A program made the position numbers and the translations under genes. A stretch of 64,000 bases of DNA from Kiritimatiellia bacterium (GTDB lineage Bacteria; Verrucomicrobiota; Kiritimatiellia; JAAZAB01). The stretch covers positions 44,590-108,589 of the forward strand of contig JAXGPF010000008.1 of assembly GCA_040767085.1 (NCBI GenBank), in the 5' to 3' direction. Below the pieces are notes generated by a model. The model was not told where the DNA came from and searched no databases. It was given only the letters and a program-made list of their open reading frames with translations. Positions 1-9,350 of this stretch are shown piece after piece. Each line of letters opens with the position of its first letter. The first letter of the stretch is position 1.

Positions 1-15
1 GGCGCGACCGCGGAA

Positions 16-1089
16 GTGGATTTTGCCGCCAGCCCCCGTCCGGCGACCCTGGCGGTGGATTGCAATGTCAAGCATGCCTCGATCGCATTGCAGGTTGCCG
101 GGGAGGAGGAAACCTTGCCGGTGTCGGTCAATGATTTAAAGCAGCCCGTGGCGGAAGTGCCGGCCTTGCGGCCGCTGCTGCTGAATGTGAGCGCGCCGGG
201 GTACCTGCCCGAGACCATGGAACTCGCCGGGCTGGAACCGGATTTTTTCAACATCCAGAAGATCGTGCTGAAACCTGAGCCGCCGTTGGAACCACGGCGC
301 AAGGCGGCGCCGCGGTACCGCCCCGAGCCGCCCTTGTTCCTGGACCTGGGCGGCGGGGTGACGATGGAATTAGTCTGGATTCCCCCGGGCGAATTCATCA
401 TGGGCAGCCCTGGCGCCGAACTGGGACGTTACGCCGATGAAGGCCCGCAGCATCTGGTGGAAATTACGCAGGGATTCTGGATGGGCCGATACGAAGTGAC
501 GCAGGCGCAGTGGCGGCAGGTCATGGACGCCAATCCCAGCCGGCAGCAGGATGCCGGCCATCCCGTCGAACAGGTGAGTTGGAAAGATTGCGCGGTGTTT
601 CTCGATAAACTGGGGACGACGGTCAAAAAATGGCCGGATCAGCCGCTGGCATTCGCGCTGCCGTCGGAGGCGGAATGGGAGTACGCCTGCCGGGCGGGCA
701 CGGAGACCGCCCTCAACCATGGCGCGGAGTTGACCTCGCTCATGGGCCGCTGTCCGCGACTGGATCGGGTGGCGTGGTACTACAGTCCGAACAGCGATGC
801 CCGGACACATCCGGTGGGGCGCAAGGAAGCCAACGCCTGGGGCTTATACGACATGCTGGGCAATGTCTGGGAATGGTGCCGCGACGGCAAGCGCATCTAT
901 GATCCGCTCCGGCAGACCGATCCGGAAGGCAAAAGCGAGGTGCGCGTGTCACGCGGCGGCAGCATGGGCGATTATGCCAGATTCTGCCGTTCCGCGACGC
1001 GCTATGCCCTGGTGCCGGCCGACAAGAATTTTTATCTCGGCTTGCGCGTGATTGCCCGCGCGCGTCCGGCGGACAAGGCTCGGAAATGA
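16..1089 (+). CDS. Formylglycine-generating enzyme (SUMF1/FGE-sulfatase) domain protein, probably 5'-truncated by the window edge
   Basis: FGE-family motifs IPPGEFIMGS, YEVTQAQW, LPSEAEWEYACRAG, NAWGLYDMLGNVWEWC and RGGS. The frame is open back to base 1. Confidence 0.85.
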   Translation: MDFAASPRPATLAVDCNVKHASIALQVAGEEETLPVSVNDLKQPVAEVPALRPLLLNVSAPGYLPETMELAGLEPDFFNIQKIVLKPEPPLEPRRKAAPRYRPEPPLFLDLGGGVTMELVWIPPGEFIMGSPGAELGRYADEGPQHLVEITQGFWMGRYEVTQAQWRQVMDANPSRQQDAGHPVEQVSWKDCAVFLDKLGTTVKKWPDQPLAFALPSEAEWEYACRAGTETALNHGAELTSLMGRCPRLDRVAWYYSPNSDARTHPVGRKEANAWGLYDMLGNVWEWCRDGKRIYDPLRQTDPEGKSEVRVSRGGSMGDYARFCRSATRYALVPADKNFYLGLRVIARARPADKARK

Positions 1090-1118
1090 GTTGGGCGGCA
1101 TTGCCGCCGGCCGGTCGG

Positions 1119-2336
1119 TCAGCGCATATGGGCGATGATGTTGTCCGCGAATTCAGAGCACATGATGGCGGTTGCGCCTTCCATCAAGCGCGCGAAGTCA
1201 TAAGTCACGCGTTTGGATGCGATGGCGCCGGCCAGGCCGGTTTCAATCATGTCCGCCGGATCGGTCCAGCCCAGATACCGCAGCATCATTGCCCCGGATA
1301 AAATCACCGAGCCGGGATTGACCTTGTCCAGGTTGGCGTATTTCGGCGCGGTGCCGTGGGTGGCTTCGAACACGGCATGGCCGGTGACGTAGTTGATGTT
1401 GCCGCCCGGCGCGATCCCGATGCCGCCCACCTGGGCCGCCAGGGCGTCGGACATGTAGTCGCCGTTCAAGTTCAGCGTGGCGATCACATCGAATTCTTCC
1501 GGCCGGGTCAGGATTTGCTGGAGGAAGATGTCGGCGATGACGTCCTTGATCAGAACCTGGCCGGGCGGGACCTGGCCCTGGCACTCCTCCCAACTGACTG
1601 CCTTGCCGGCATATTCCTCGCGAGCCAGTTCATAGCCCCAGCGCATGAACGCGCCTTCGGTGAATTTCTGGATGTTGCCCTTGTGCACCAGGGTGACGGA
1701 TTTGCGGTTGTTCCGCAAGGCGTATTCAATGGCCGCCCGCACCAGCCGCCGGGAACCGGTGCGGGAAACCGGCTTCAGGCCCAGGCCGGAATCCGGCCGG
1801 ATGTCCCAGTTGAATTTTTGCTTCAGGAATTCCAGCAGGGCCGCGGCTTCGGGCGAGCCGGCCGGGACTTCCCGGCCGGCGTAAACATCTTCCGTGTTCT
1901 CGCGGAAAATCACCATGTCCACCTTTTCCGGACGCTTGACGGGGGAGGGGGTGCCCGGGAAATAACGCACCGGGCGCAGGCAGACATAAAGATCCAGCGC
2001 CTGACGGAGCGCCACGTTCAGGCTGCGGATGCCGCCGCCCACCGGGGTGGTCAACGGGCCCTTGATGCCTACCAGGCACTCCCGGAACGCCTCCAGGGTG
2101 GCCGCGGGCAGCCAGTCGCCGGTCCGATCGAATGCCTTCTGGCCGGCCAGCACTTCCCGCCAGGCGATTTTTCTGGCGCCGCCGTAGGCCGCGGCGACGG
2201 CTGCGTCCAAGACGCGGACCGCGGCGCGCCAGATGTCCGGGCCGATGCCGTCGCCTTCGATAAAAGGAATCACCGGATGATCGGGCACTTCCAGGCCGCG
2301 TGCGCCCATCCGGATTTTTTGTGCTTTAGTTGGCAT
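1119..2336 (-). CDS. icd: NADP-dependent isocitrate dehydrogenase
   Basis: [72 protein letters not shown]. Confidence 0.97.
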   Translation of the reverse strand: MPTKAQKIRMGARGLEVPDHPVIPFIEGDGIGPDIWRAAVRVLDAAVAAAYGGARKIAWREVLAGQKAFDRTGDWLPAATLEAFRECLVGIKGPLTTPVGGGIRSLNVALRQALDLYVCLRPVRYFPGTPSPVKRPEKVDMVIFRENTEDVYAGREVPAGSPEAAALLEFLKQKFNWDIRPDSGLGLKPVSRTGSRRLVRAAIEYALRNNRKSVTLVHKGNIQKFTEGAFMRWGYELAREEYAGKAVSWEECQGQVPPGQVLIKDVIADIFLQQILTRPEEFDVIATLNLNGDYMSDALAAQVGGIGIAPGGNINYVTGHAVFEATHGTAPKYANLDKVNPGSVILSGAMMLRYLGWTDPADMIETGLAGAIASKRVTYDFARLMEGATAIMCSEFADNIIAHMR

Positions 2337-2384
2337 GATGCTCCCGCTGTAACGTTTTCGTTTCCCATCAACACGGACATGAAA

Positions 2385-4337
2385 TCAGCCGCCGGACGTT
2401 GCGCCGACCTGTAAATTCAGCCTGCCGCCGGCCAGGATGATGGCGCGTTCGCGTTCGTTCAGGCGGCATTGCACCGGGATGGCGATGCCGCGGGTGATAT
2501 TCTGCAAGGTCAGCGCGCCGCGTTCCAACCCGGCCCGCAAACCGGCCAGTTCCAGGACGTCGCCTTGTTCCACGCGGGCGTAATCGCCGGGATCCTGGAA
2601 TATCAGCGGCAGGATGCCGCAGTTGATCAGGTTGGCGGTATGAATGCGCTCAAAACTCCTGGCCGCCACCGCCCGCACGCCCAGAAACATCGGGCAGAGC
2701 GCGGCATGCTCGCGGCTGGAACCCTGGCCGTAAGACTCGCCGGCAATGATGAAGGAGACCCGCCCCTGCGCCCGGGCCGCTTTGCACCGCGCGGGAAAAC
2801 CTGGATCCACCGGATGAAAAACATATTCGGCGTATTTGGGCACATTGGAGCGGAGCTTGAGAAAGGCGCCGGCCGGCATGATGTGGTCGGTGGTGACCTT
2901 GTCCCCGACCTTGATTTGCGCAATGCCGGCCAGAGTGTCGGGCGGCGGCACATTGCGCGGCAGCGCGCCGATGTTCGGGCCGCGGACGAGCGCGACCTGC
3001 GCCCGCGCGGCCGGCAGCGGTGGTTCGACGATCATCGCATCGTCCGTAATGAAGTGCGCCGGCTGTTTAATGAAGGGGTAGCGGCCGGCCCCCCAGCCGC
3101 GCGGATCGGTGAATTCGCCCGCGACGGCAGCCGCGGCGGCGGTTTCCACGGAAGCCAGGTACACGGCGGCATCCCGCGTGCCGCTGCGGCCGAGGAAGTT
3201 GCGGTTGGAAGTGCGGATGGAAACGGCGTTGGAACGCGGGGCATGGGAATTGCCGATGCAAAAACCGCAGGCGCTTTCCGCGATCCGCGCGCCGGCGGCG
3301 ATCAGGTCGGCCAGGGCGCCGTTGCGGGCAATCATCTCCAGCACCTGCCGCGAACCCGGCGCCACCACCAGGCTGATGCCAGGGGCGATTTTTTTACCGG
3401 CCAGCATGCGGGCCGCCACCATCAGGTCCTTGTAGGATGAATTCGTGCAGGAACCGATGCACACCTGCTGCACGGCCAGCCCGGCGAGTTCCCGCACCGT
3501 TTTTACATTGTCCGGGTTATGCGGCGCGGCGGCCAGCGGTTCGATCTGCGACAAATCAATGTCAATCACCCGGTCGTAGCGGGCGCCCGGGTCGGCCTTG
3601 AGCGGCGTGTAATCCGCCAGCCGGCCCTGCGCCTGTAAAAAACGGCGGGTGACATTGTCGGCCGGGAAAACCGAGGCCGTGACGCCCAGTTCGGCGCCCA
3701 TGTTGGCGATGGTGGCGCGTTCCGGCACGCTCAAGGTGCGCACTCCCGGCCCGCCGTATTCCAGGGCCGTGCCGACGTTGCCCTTGGAAGTCAGCATTTG
3801 CAGCAAACGCAGAATGACATCCTTGGCCGAGACCCAGGGCGGCAGTCGGCCGGCCAGGCGGACCAGGCAGACCCGGGGACATTGCAAAGCGAAGGGTTGG
3901 CCGGCCATGGCCAGCGCCACGTCCAATCCGCCGGCGCCGATGGCCAGCATGCCGATCCCGCCGCCGGTGGGGGTATGGGAATCCGAGCCCAGCAGCGTCC
4001 GGCCGGGCTTGCCGAACCGCTCCAGGTGCACCTGGTGGCAGATGCCGTTGCCCGCACGGGAAAATTTCACGCCGAACCTGGCGGCCGCTGACTGCAGGTA
4101 GGCGTGGTCGTCGGCGTTTTCGAAACCGGACTGCACGGTGTTATGGTCCACATAACTGACCGAAAGTTCGGTTTTGACCGATCCGGCGCCCATCGCCTCG
4201 TATTGCAGGAAGGCCATGGTGCCGGTAGCATCCTGGGTCAAGGTCTGGTCAATGCGAATCTCAATATCCGCGCCCGGCGCCCAGGCGCCGCTGGCCAGGT
4301 GGCTGGTGATGAGTTTCTCGACGACGCCCCGCGGCAT
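2385..4337 (-). CDS. acn: Aconitate hydratase (short Aquifex/archaeal-type aconitase)
   Basis: DQTLTQDATGT, GNGICHQ, GSDSHT, IGSCTNSS, ACGFCIG, TSNRNFLGR, TTDHIMPA, YGQGSSREHAA. Start placed at ATG 4337, preceded by AGGAGCAGGA; the ORF track extends to 4439. Confidence 0.92.
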   Translation of the reverse strand: MPRGVVEKLITSHLASGAWAPGADIEIRIDQTLTQDATGTMAFLQYEAMGAGSVKTELSVSYVDHNTVQSGFENADDHAYLQSAAARFGVKFSRAGNGICHQVHLERFGKPGRTLLGSDSHTPTGGGIGMLAIGAGGLDVALAMAGQPFALQCPRVCLVRLAGRLPPWVSAKDVILRLLQMLTSKGNVGTALEYGGPGVRTLSVPERATIANMGAELGVTASVFPADNVTRRFLQAQGRLADYTPLKADPGARYDRVIDIDLSQIEPLAAAPHNPDNVKTVRELAGLAVQQVCIGSCTNSSYKDLMVAARMLAGKKIAPGISLVVAPGSRQVLEMIARNGALADLIAAGARIAESACGFCIGNSHAPRSNAVSIRTSNRNFLGRSGTRDAAVYLASVETAAAAAVAGEFTDPRGWGAGRYPFIKQPAHFITDDAMIVEPPLPAARAQVALVRGPNIGALPRNVPPPDTLAGIAQIKVGDKVTTDHIMPAGAFLKLRSNVPKYAEYVFHPVDPGFPARCKAARAQGRVSFIIAGESYGQGSSREHAALCPMFLGVRAVAARSFERIHTANLINCGILPLIFQDPGDYARVEQGDVLELAGLRAGLERGALTLQNITRGIAIPVQCRLNERERAIILAGGRLNLQVGATSGG

Positions 4338-4404
4338 ATATCCTGCTCCTTCCTGGCGCTTGATCAATGTCCAAAACCATCCAACTAGTTTGTCATATGG
4401 CCTT

Positions 4405-4434
4405 TTACGCTTGAGTAAGGTCAACCAAGCGTAA
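4405..4434. promoter_or_regulatory. Putative operator: inverted repeat TTACGCTTG-N12-CAAGCGTAA in the divergent acn / hydrolase promoter region
   Basis: Perfect 9-bp inverted repeat in an AT-rich intergenic region. Confidence 0.4.
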
Positions 4435-4491
4435 TACAATACATCATTCTAAAAATGGCCGGGCCTGTCAAGATTGTTATGGAGTGCGCGC

Positions 4492-5082
4492 ATGCCGTCG
4501 CCGGTGGCACATACCCTGATTGGAATTACGCTGGGCGCGGCCTGCTGCCTGCCGCGCGGCGGCGGCTGGCGCCGGCTGGGCGCCCGGCTGTGGCGCTGGC
4601 GCGGCTTGCTGCTGGTGTGCGCGTTGCTGGCCAATGCCCCGGATATTGACTACCTGTTCGGGTTGGCCGCCGGCGATTTGAACAGCCGGCATCAGTTGGT
4701 CACCCATACCCTGGGCTGGATTGCCGCCGTGGCCCTGGCCTTATGGTGGGCGCAGCGGTATTTCGCGCCCCGCGCGGTGCGGATGTCCGCCGCCTTGATT
4801 TTTCTGCTGCTGGCCAGCCATCTGGCGGCGGATTACCTCGGGCAGGACCTGGCTCCGCCTTTCGGCATCATGGCCTTCTGGCCGCTCTCGGACCGTTTTT
4901 ATCTCTCGCCCTGGCCGTTGTTCCCGGCGCCCGCCAAGCGCGCGCTGGGCGAATTATGGTCGGCGCACAATTTGCGCGTGATGGCGTGGGAATTGGCGCT
5001 GCTCATGCCGGCGCTGCTGGCGGTCATGCTTTACAAGGCCCGCGGCTCCGCGGGGGATCCGCCGGCCGGCCATACTGGTTGA
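4492..5082 (+). CDS. Inner-membrane metal-dependent hydrolase (YdjM-like)
   Basis: MPSPVAH N-terminus, PDID, HQLVTHTLG, SHLAAD and FWP motifs, with hydrophobic helices. Confidence 0.8.
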   Translation: MPSPVAHTLIGITLGAACCLPRGGGWRRLGARLWRWRGLLLVCALLANAPDIDYLFGLAAGDLNSRHQLVTHTLGWIAAVALALWWAQRYFAPRAVRMSAALIFLLLASHLAADYLGQDLAPPFGIMAFWPLSDRFYLSPWPLFPAPAKRALGELWSAHNLRVMAWELALLMPALLAVMLYKARGSAGDPPAGHTG

Positions 5083-5618
5083 GTTCGCGGCGGACGCTTT
5101 AGCATCCGCCGCCTTGCCAGGGTGACAGACACCAGCCAAAGCGCGATAAACGGCGCGGTTCCCAACAAGAATGGCATATAACTGAAGATCACTATCTCCA
5201 GCTCGTCGTCCATGCCCAGCATTCTGATGACGGCGGAAAGCATCCCGGCCAGCAGCATCCGCCAGAGGGCGGACTTGAATGGATACCTGCAAAACAGGTA
5301 TGCCAGGCAGGGAATGAACCATAAGCAGTTGATGATGTTGGTGGCAAACAGCCGCGGGGTGTCTTGGTAGAATCCCATCTCCATGTCCGGCGGCGGAAAA
5401 AAATTGATCAGCAACCCGGTTGCCAGCGCGGGGAGCAAGGCGGCTTTCAGCAGCGACCGCAGGCTGGGCGGGCGGCCTTCCATCAGGATGACCGCCAACG
5501 TTAAAAACCCGCCAAACAGACCGCCGCGTATGCCGAAGGCAAGCGGGTCGAAAATCCCGCTCAGCCATCCCGCGCCGGCGCCGATCAAAAGCAGCCAGGC
5601 CTTTTGCTTGATATTCAT
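5031..5618 (-). CDS. Hypothetical polytopic membrane protein
   Basis: About 6 hydrophobic segments; GGAGG RBS before ATG 5618; ATGA overlap with the radical SAM gene. Confidence 0.7.
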   Translation of the reverse strand: MNIKQKAWLLLIGAGAGWLSGIFDPLAFGIRGGLFGGFLTLAVILMEGRPPSLRSLLKAALLPALATGLLINFFPPPDMEMGFYQDTPRLFATNIINCLWFIPCLAYLFCRYPFKSALWRMLLAGMLSAVIRMLGMDDELEIVIFSYMPFLLGTAPFIALWLVSVTLARRRMLKRPPRTQPVWPAGGSPAEPRAL

Positions 5619-6919
5619 GTTTCCTCCGGGGATGTTTGTCCGTTGACCATGGCAAAGTAAGCGGGCAGCGGTTCCGGCGCCGTCTGCGCGCACACGATTT
5701 CGCTGAGTTCGGGCGGCAAAGGCAGGGCGTCCGCACGGTATCCGGCAAGCAGGCGGTGGTATTTACGGATGAAACAATCGCGCCGCGGATTGTTCCCCAT
5801 CGCCTGGTTCATCCGCCGCCAGATGCGGTCGAGCGCAGTATCCCTGACATTGCCGAACCCGAGCGGCGTGAAATCGCAGGGACAAACAACGCCGTTGGGT
5901 TGGATATACAAATGCTGGGTGCCGGCGCCGCAACCGAAGATTTCCGGGCTTTCGATTTGATTGAAAGCACAGATTTTAGGGGCTATACCCCGCTGGTTCG
6001 TTTGCACATGAAAATCACGCAGCCGGGCGATCTGCCGGGCCGTCAGAAAGATTTCCGCCCCGGCCTGCGCCAGTTTGCCGCATGGCATCAGTTCCGCAAT
6101 CCGGTATTCATGAACCCCAAGCTTCCGGCCGAGCTCGTGGACGCGCGTATATACGCCATTTTCCACAAAAGCGCGGGTGGCGACGCTGCTGATCATGGTG
6201 TAAAAGCCATGGCGCCGGGAAAGCCGGATGGTTTCTAGCGCCTGCGTAAATATGCCCGGGATGCCCCGCATGCGGTCATGGTCTTCCGCGTTGTCGAAGT
6301 CCAGGCTGACGCAACACGCCCAGAGCCCGGCCTTTTTCAACCCCGCCATTTGCGCCGGCGTGACGCCCGCGCCGGAGGTGAAGAGGATGGATTCCAGCCC
6401 CAGGCGGCGGGTATGCCGCACGAGTTCGGGCAAGTCGCCGCGCAATAAAGGTTCCCCGCCGGTAAAGCCGATGATGCTGACGCCGAGATTCAGCAGTTGC
6501 CAAAGTACATCCTGCCATTCCGCCGTGGCCAGTTCCGTGTCCATCCGTCGGTCGGCGCTGCAATGGAAGCAGCGGCACGGGCATTGCGCCGTCACGGCCA
6601 GGAACGCCGAGACAGGGCTGAGGTGACGTCCGGAAAACAGATTGTCAAACATCCGGTCGTATCCCGGTCCCGGGAAAGGCGGGATGAAAGAATTCAGGAC
6701 CCAGCGCCCCTGGTGGCGGGTCAGCCTTTCGCCGTCCAACCATTGCCGGATGAAGGCGAGGGCCGCCCCCTTGCGTCGGCGTGGGCGCAGCGATTCGTAG
6801 ACCCGGTCGGGGACGCGCCGGATGCCTTGGGCGCGCAATTTTGCCAATGCCCATAACGGCTTGGCGGTGATGCGCGGGTTGAGCATCACCCGCAGGAGCT
6901 GGAATGTCAGGCCGTTCAT
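5615..6919 (-). CDS. Radical SAM protein with SPASM/twitch domain
   Basis: CPCRCFHC (CxxxCxxC), FTGGEPLLR, VSLD, and C-terminal GCGAG...PNGVVCPCDF...RDCF. Confidence 0.9.
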   Translation of the reverse strand: MNGLTFQLLRVMLNPRITAKPLWALAKLRAQGIRRVPDRVYESLRPRRRKGAALAFIRQWLDGERLTRHQGRWVLNSFIPPFPGPGYDRMFDNLFSGRHLSPVSAFLAVTAQCPCRCFHCSADRRMDTELATAEWQDVLWQLLNLGVSIIGFTGGEPLLRGDLPELVRHTRRLGLESILFTSGAGVTPAQMAGLKKAGLWACCVSLDFDNAEDHDRMRGIPGIFTQALETIRLSRRHGFYTMISSVATRAFVENGVYTRVHELGRKLGVHEYRIAELMPCGKLAQAGAEIFLTARQIARLRDFHVQTNQRGIAPKICAFNQIESPEIFGCGAGTQHLYIQPNGVVCPCDFTPLGFGNVRDTALDRIWRRMNQAMGNNPRRDCFIRKYHRLLAGYRADALPLPPELSEIVCAQTAPEPLPAYFAMVNGQTSPEET

Positions 6920-7794
6920 GATCTTTGCAGGATGCCCATGATGTAGTGGTGTCGTAGCGGCTGCGCCTGTGTGTGCAGGCAGTTTTCGAAATAGTCCGCC
7001 ACATGCGGCTGATCTTGCAGCGGCAGCATGTGGTCAAAGCCGGCCAGGACGCCGGTGCGCAGGAGCCATGGCGTACTGGCCTGATGCGCCGCGGCGACCG
7101 GCTGGCAACCCTCGGCATGCCACAACGCCTTCAAACCGCAAGCCGCGGCTTGGCGGGCGAACTGTTGCCAGGATTGCGGAAACCGCGGAAAGGCCAGCGC
7201 CTGGAGTTCGCCGGGGAAACGTTGCATGGTCCGGCGGAAGGCAATATATACGGGATACAGCGAGTCGCGCAAATTGACCACAAAGGCGAAAACGCCGCCG
7301 GGACATAAGACGCGGCGCGCTTCCCGCAATACTGCCGGCGGATTGGCGTAACCGATGACCCAGGCCGACACAATCATTTGCGCCCTGGCCGATTGCTCAG
7401 TTTTCAAAAAATCGCGCATATCCCCGGCCGCAAAAACGACATTATCCGCGGCGGCATTTTTGCGCGCCACGGCGAGCATGCCGTCCGAGATATCCTGCGC
7501 GATGATTTCCGCGTTGGGGTATCTGGCCGCCAGCTTGCCGGTCGTGTAGCCCGTGCCGCAGCCCAAATCCATGATTCTGCCGGCCGGGACATCCGGAAGT
7601 TGCGCCAATAGCCGGTCGGTTACACTGCGTAGACGGCATAACCAATTCGCATCGTAATCCGGGGCGATGCGGTCGTAACTGGCCTTGACCTGCCGGGGTC
7701 CAATCCAGCGGCAACGGACGAGCAACTGCGCCGCCCGCCAGTTCAGCCGCAGGCAATCGGAATATTTTCCAATATCCATCAGATTGGACCGCAT
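6916..7794 (-). CDS. Class I SAM-dependent methyltransferase
   Basis: IMDLGCGTGY, QDISDGML, AGDM, LREARRVLCPGG. Confidence 0.9.
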   Translation of the reverse strand: MRSNLMDIGKYSDCLRLNWRAAQLLVRCRWIGPRQVKASYDRIAPDYDANWLCRLRSVTDRLLAQLPDVPAGRIMDLGCGTGYTTGKLAARYPNAEIIAQDISDGMLAVARKNAAADNVVFAAGDMRDFLKTEQSARAQMIVSAWVIGYANPPAVLREARRVLCPGGVFAFVVNLRDSLYPVYIAFRRTMQRFPGELQALAFPRFPQSWQQFARQAAACGLKALWHAEGCQPVAAAHQASTPWLLRTGVLAGFDHMLPLQDQPHVADYFENCLHTQAQPLRHHYIMGILQRS

Positions 7795-8356
7795 CCCGCC
7801 AACAGCATCGCCGTGCAGGCAAGCGCAAATCCCGCGATTCTACAACCATATGCCAAAACACAAGTTTGCATGGTTGGATGTTACAATTAGGGCCGGTGAA
7901 AGTAAACCGCTGTTTTCACGGCGGGGATTCCAAGGGCGTAAGTCATTTCCGTAGGGGTTTGCCGAAAGGTTTGTGTGGCGGTATGCCCCGACTATTTTGA
8001 ATCATGCGGGAAAAGCTGATCCAATCGGACATGCCGGTGAAGTGTAGTTTAGAGAATGATTTATGTTTCCGGGAATTCCGGCATGGCGCTTGTGGCGCCA
8101 TCGCCGGAATGGGCGTACCGCGTGGTGAATTCCGCTGCCCGGAGTCTGCGCAGGGATTTGAAAAAGCAAGGCAAGTTTGGGGTGGATGCGGGCGCGCCGC
8201 GCGCCAGACGCCCCAAAATCGCCGCCGCCTTTTTCAAACGGAATTCACTACGCATTCCCACGGGGATTGCCCGCCACCCGCACGTCAATACAGCATTACG
8301 TCTCCCCCACAAAAACCCCTAAGGAAGTGAAATGCGCCCGGATTCCAAGCTGCCAT

Positions 8357-9292
8357 TCAACTTATCCCGAAGTGCCGGCGCGGATTATGGACCAGCATTT
8401 GCCGGATTTGACGCCGGGTGACTCCCAGCCTCTCCAGCGCGGGCGCCATCCGGGTGAATACGCTGCGATACGTGCGCCCGGGGTTGCCTTGCACGAGCCG
8501 CAGCGCGTTCTGCGGCCGGAACCCGGCGTCAACCGACAGCGTGATTTGGTCCAGGTATCCGCGGTCAATCAGCGCTTGCACCATCGCCATGGATGCGCGC
8601 ACGCCCCGGCCGGAGTCCAGCCGGCCGCCGCCGCAGTTGAAGCTCAGGTTGGCGCCTTGATCCGCGGCCGGGAGAAGCTGGTCAATGGCGGTGATGCTTT
8701 TGCCGTCCGCATGCCCGATGGTAATCGCGCCGGGCGCCACGCCGTGTTTAGTCAGCGCCCGCAGTTGTGCTGCCGGCTGATCGCCGCCCAGGTGCGTGGT
8801 GATGGGCAGGCCCGTCGCGTGGTGGGTTCGGGCCAAGGCTTCAAACCAGCGCGCGACGATGGCGTAATGGCGCCGCCGCCGGTCGGAGAGTTCATGCAGC
8901 GAAGTCGCCTTCAATACTCCGGGCCGGATGCCGCGGCCATCCATGCCATGGCGCGCTTCCGCCGTCCAACGCCGGGCGAGTTCCTTGACGGACGCGTTCA
9001 GCATCCACCATGGTGATTTTTCCACGGTGTAAAAGCCGGTGGCAGCGATGATGTGAAACTTTGCCTGGCGCGCAATCTCCGCGTAAGTCTCCAGGTCCCG
9101 CCCTGTGGAAGCGCTGGGCGTGCATTCCACCAGGGCGTTGCATCGGTGTTTTTCGCGCAGCTCCCGCAGGCGGGGGACGATGAGGCGCAGCGCCTGCGTC
9201 CGGATGGCGATGGACGCCTCGTTGGGACCGTAAAGCGTCAGGTGTTCATGCGTCAGGCACGCCTGCATTTGCTCCGGCCGGATCGCGCCCAA
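8357..9292 (-). CDS. Phosphotriesterase-related protein (amidohydrolase superfamily)
   Basis: THEHL, IIAATGFY, GVLKA, PITTH, IGHAD and LSVDAG supply the binuclear metal ligands. Start is uncertain (see finding). Confidence 0.85.
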   Translation of the reverse strand: MGAIRPEQMQACLTHEHLTLYGPNEASIAIRTQALRLIVPRLRELREKHRCNALVECTPSASTGRDLETYAEIARQAKFHIIAATGFYTVEKSPWWMLNASVKELARRWTAEARHGMDGRGIRPGVLKATSLHELSDRRRRHYAIVARWFEALARTHHATGLPITTHLGGDQPAAQLRALTKHGVAPGAITIGHADGKSITAIDQLLPAADQGANLSFNCGGGRLDSGRGVRASMAMVQALIDRGYLDQITLSVDAGFRPQNALRLVQGNPGRTYRSVFTRMAPALERLGVTRRQIRQMLVHNPRRHFGIS

Positions 9293-9350
9293 TACTGTTT
9301 CAATCCTGGTTTACATCTTGACGGTTGTTGTGCGGCGTGCAGTCCCCATG

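Noticed and set aside
7940-7990. c-di-GMP-like GGCAAACC motif on the minus strand
   Set aside because: No downstream GACGCAAAG or pairing partner.
8004-8330. ORFs 8004-8330 and 8056-8322 (+), 8061-8312 (-)
   Set aside because: No motifs and weak RBS; they overlap a strongly palindromic region better explained as non-coding.
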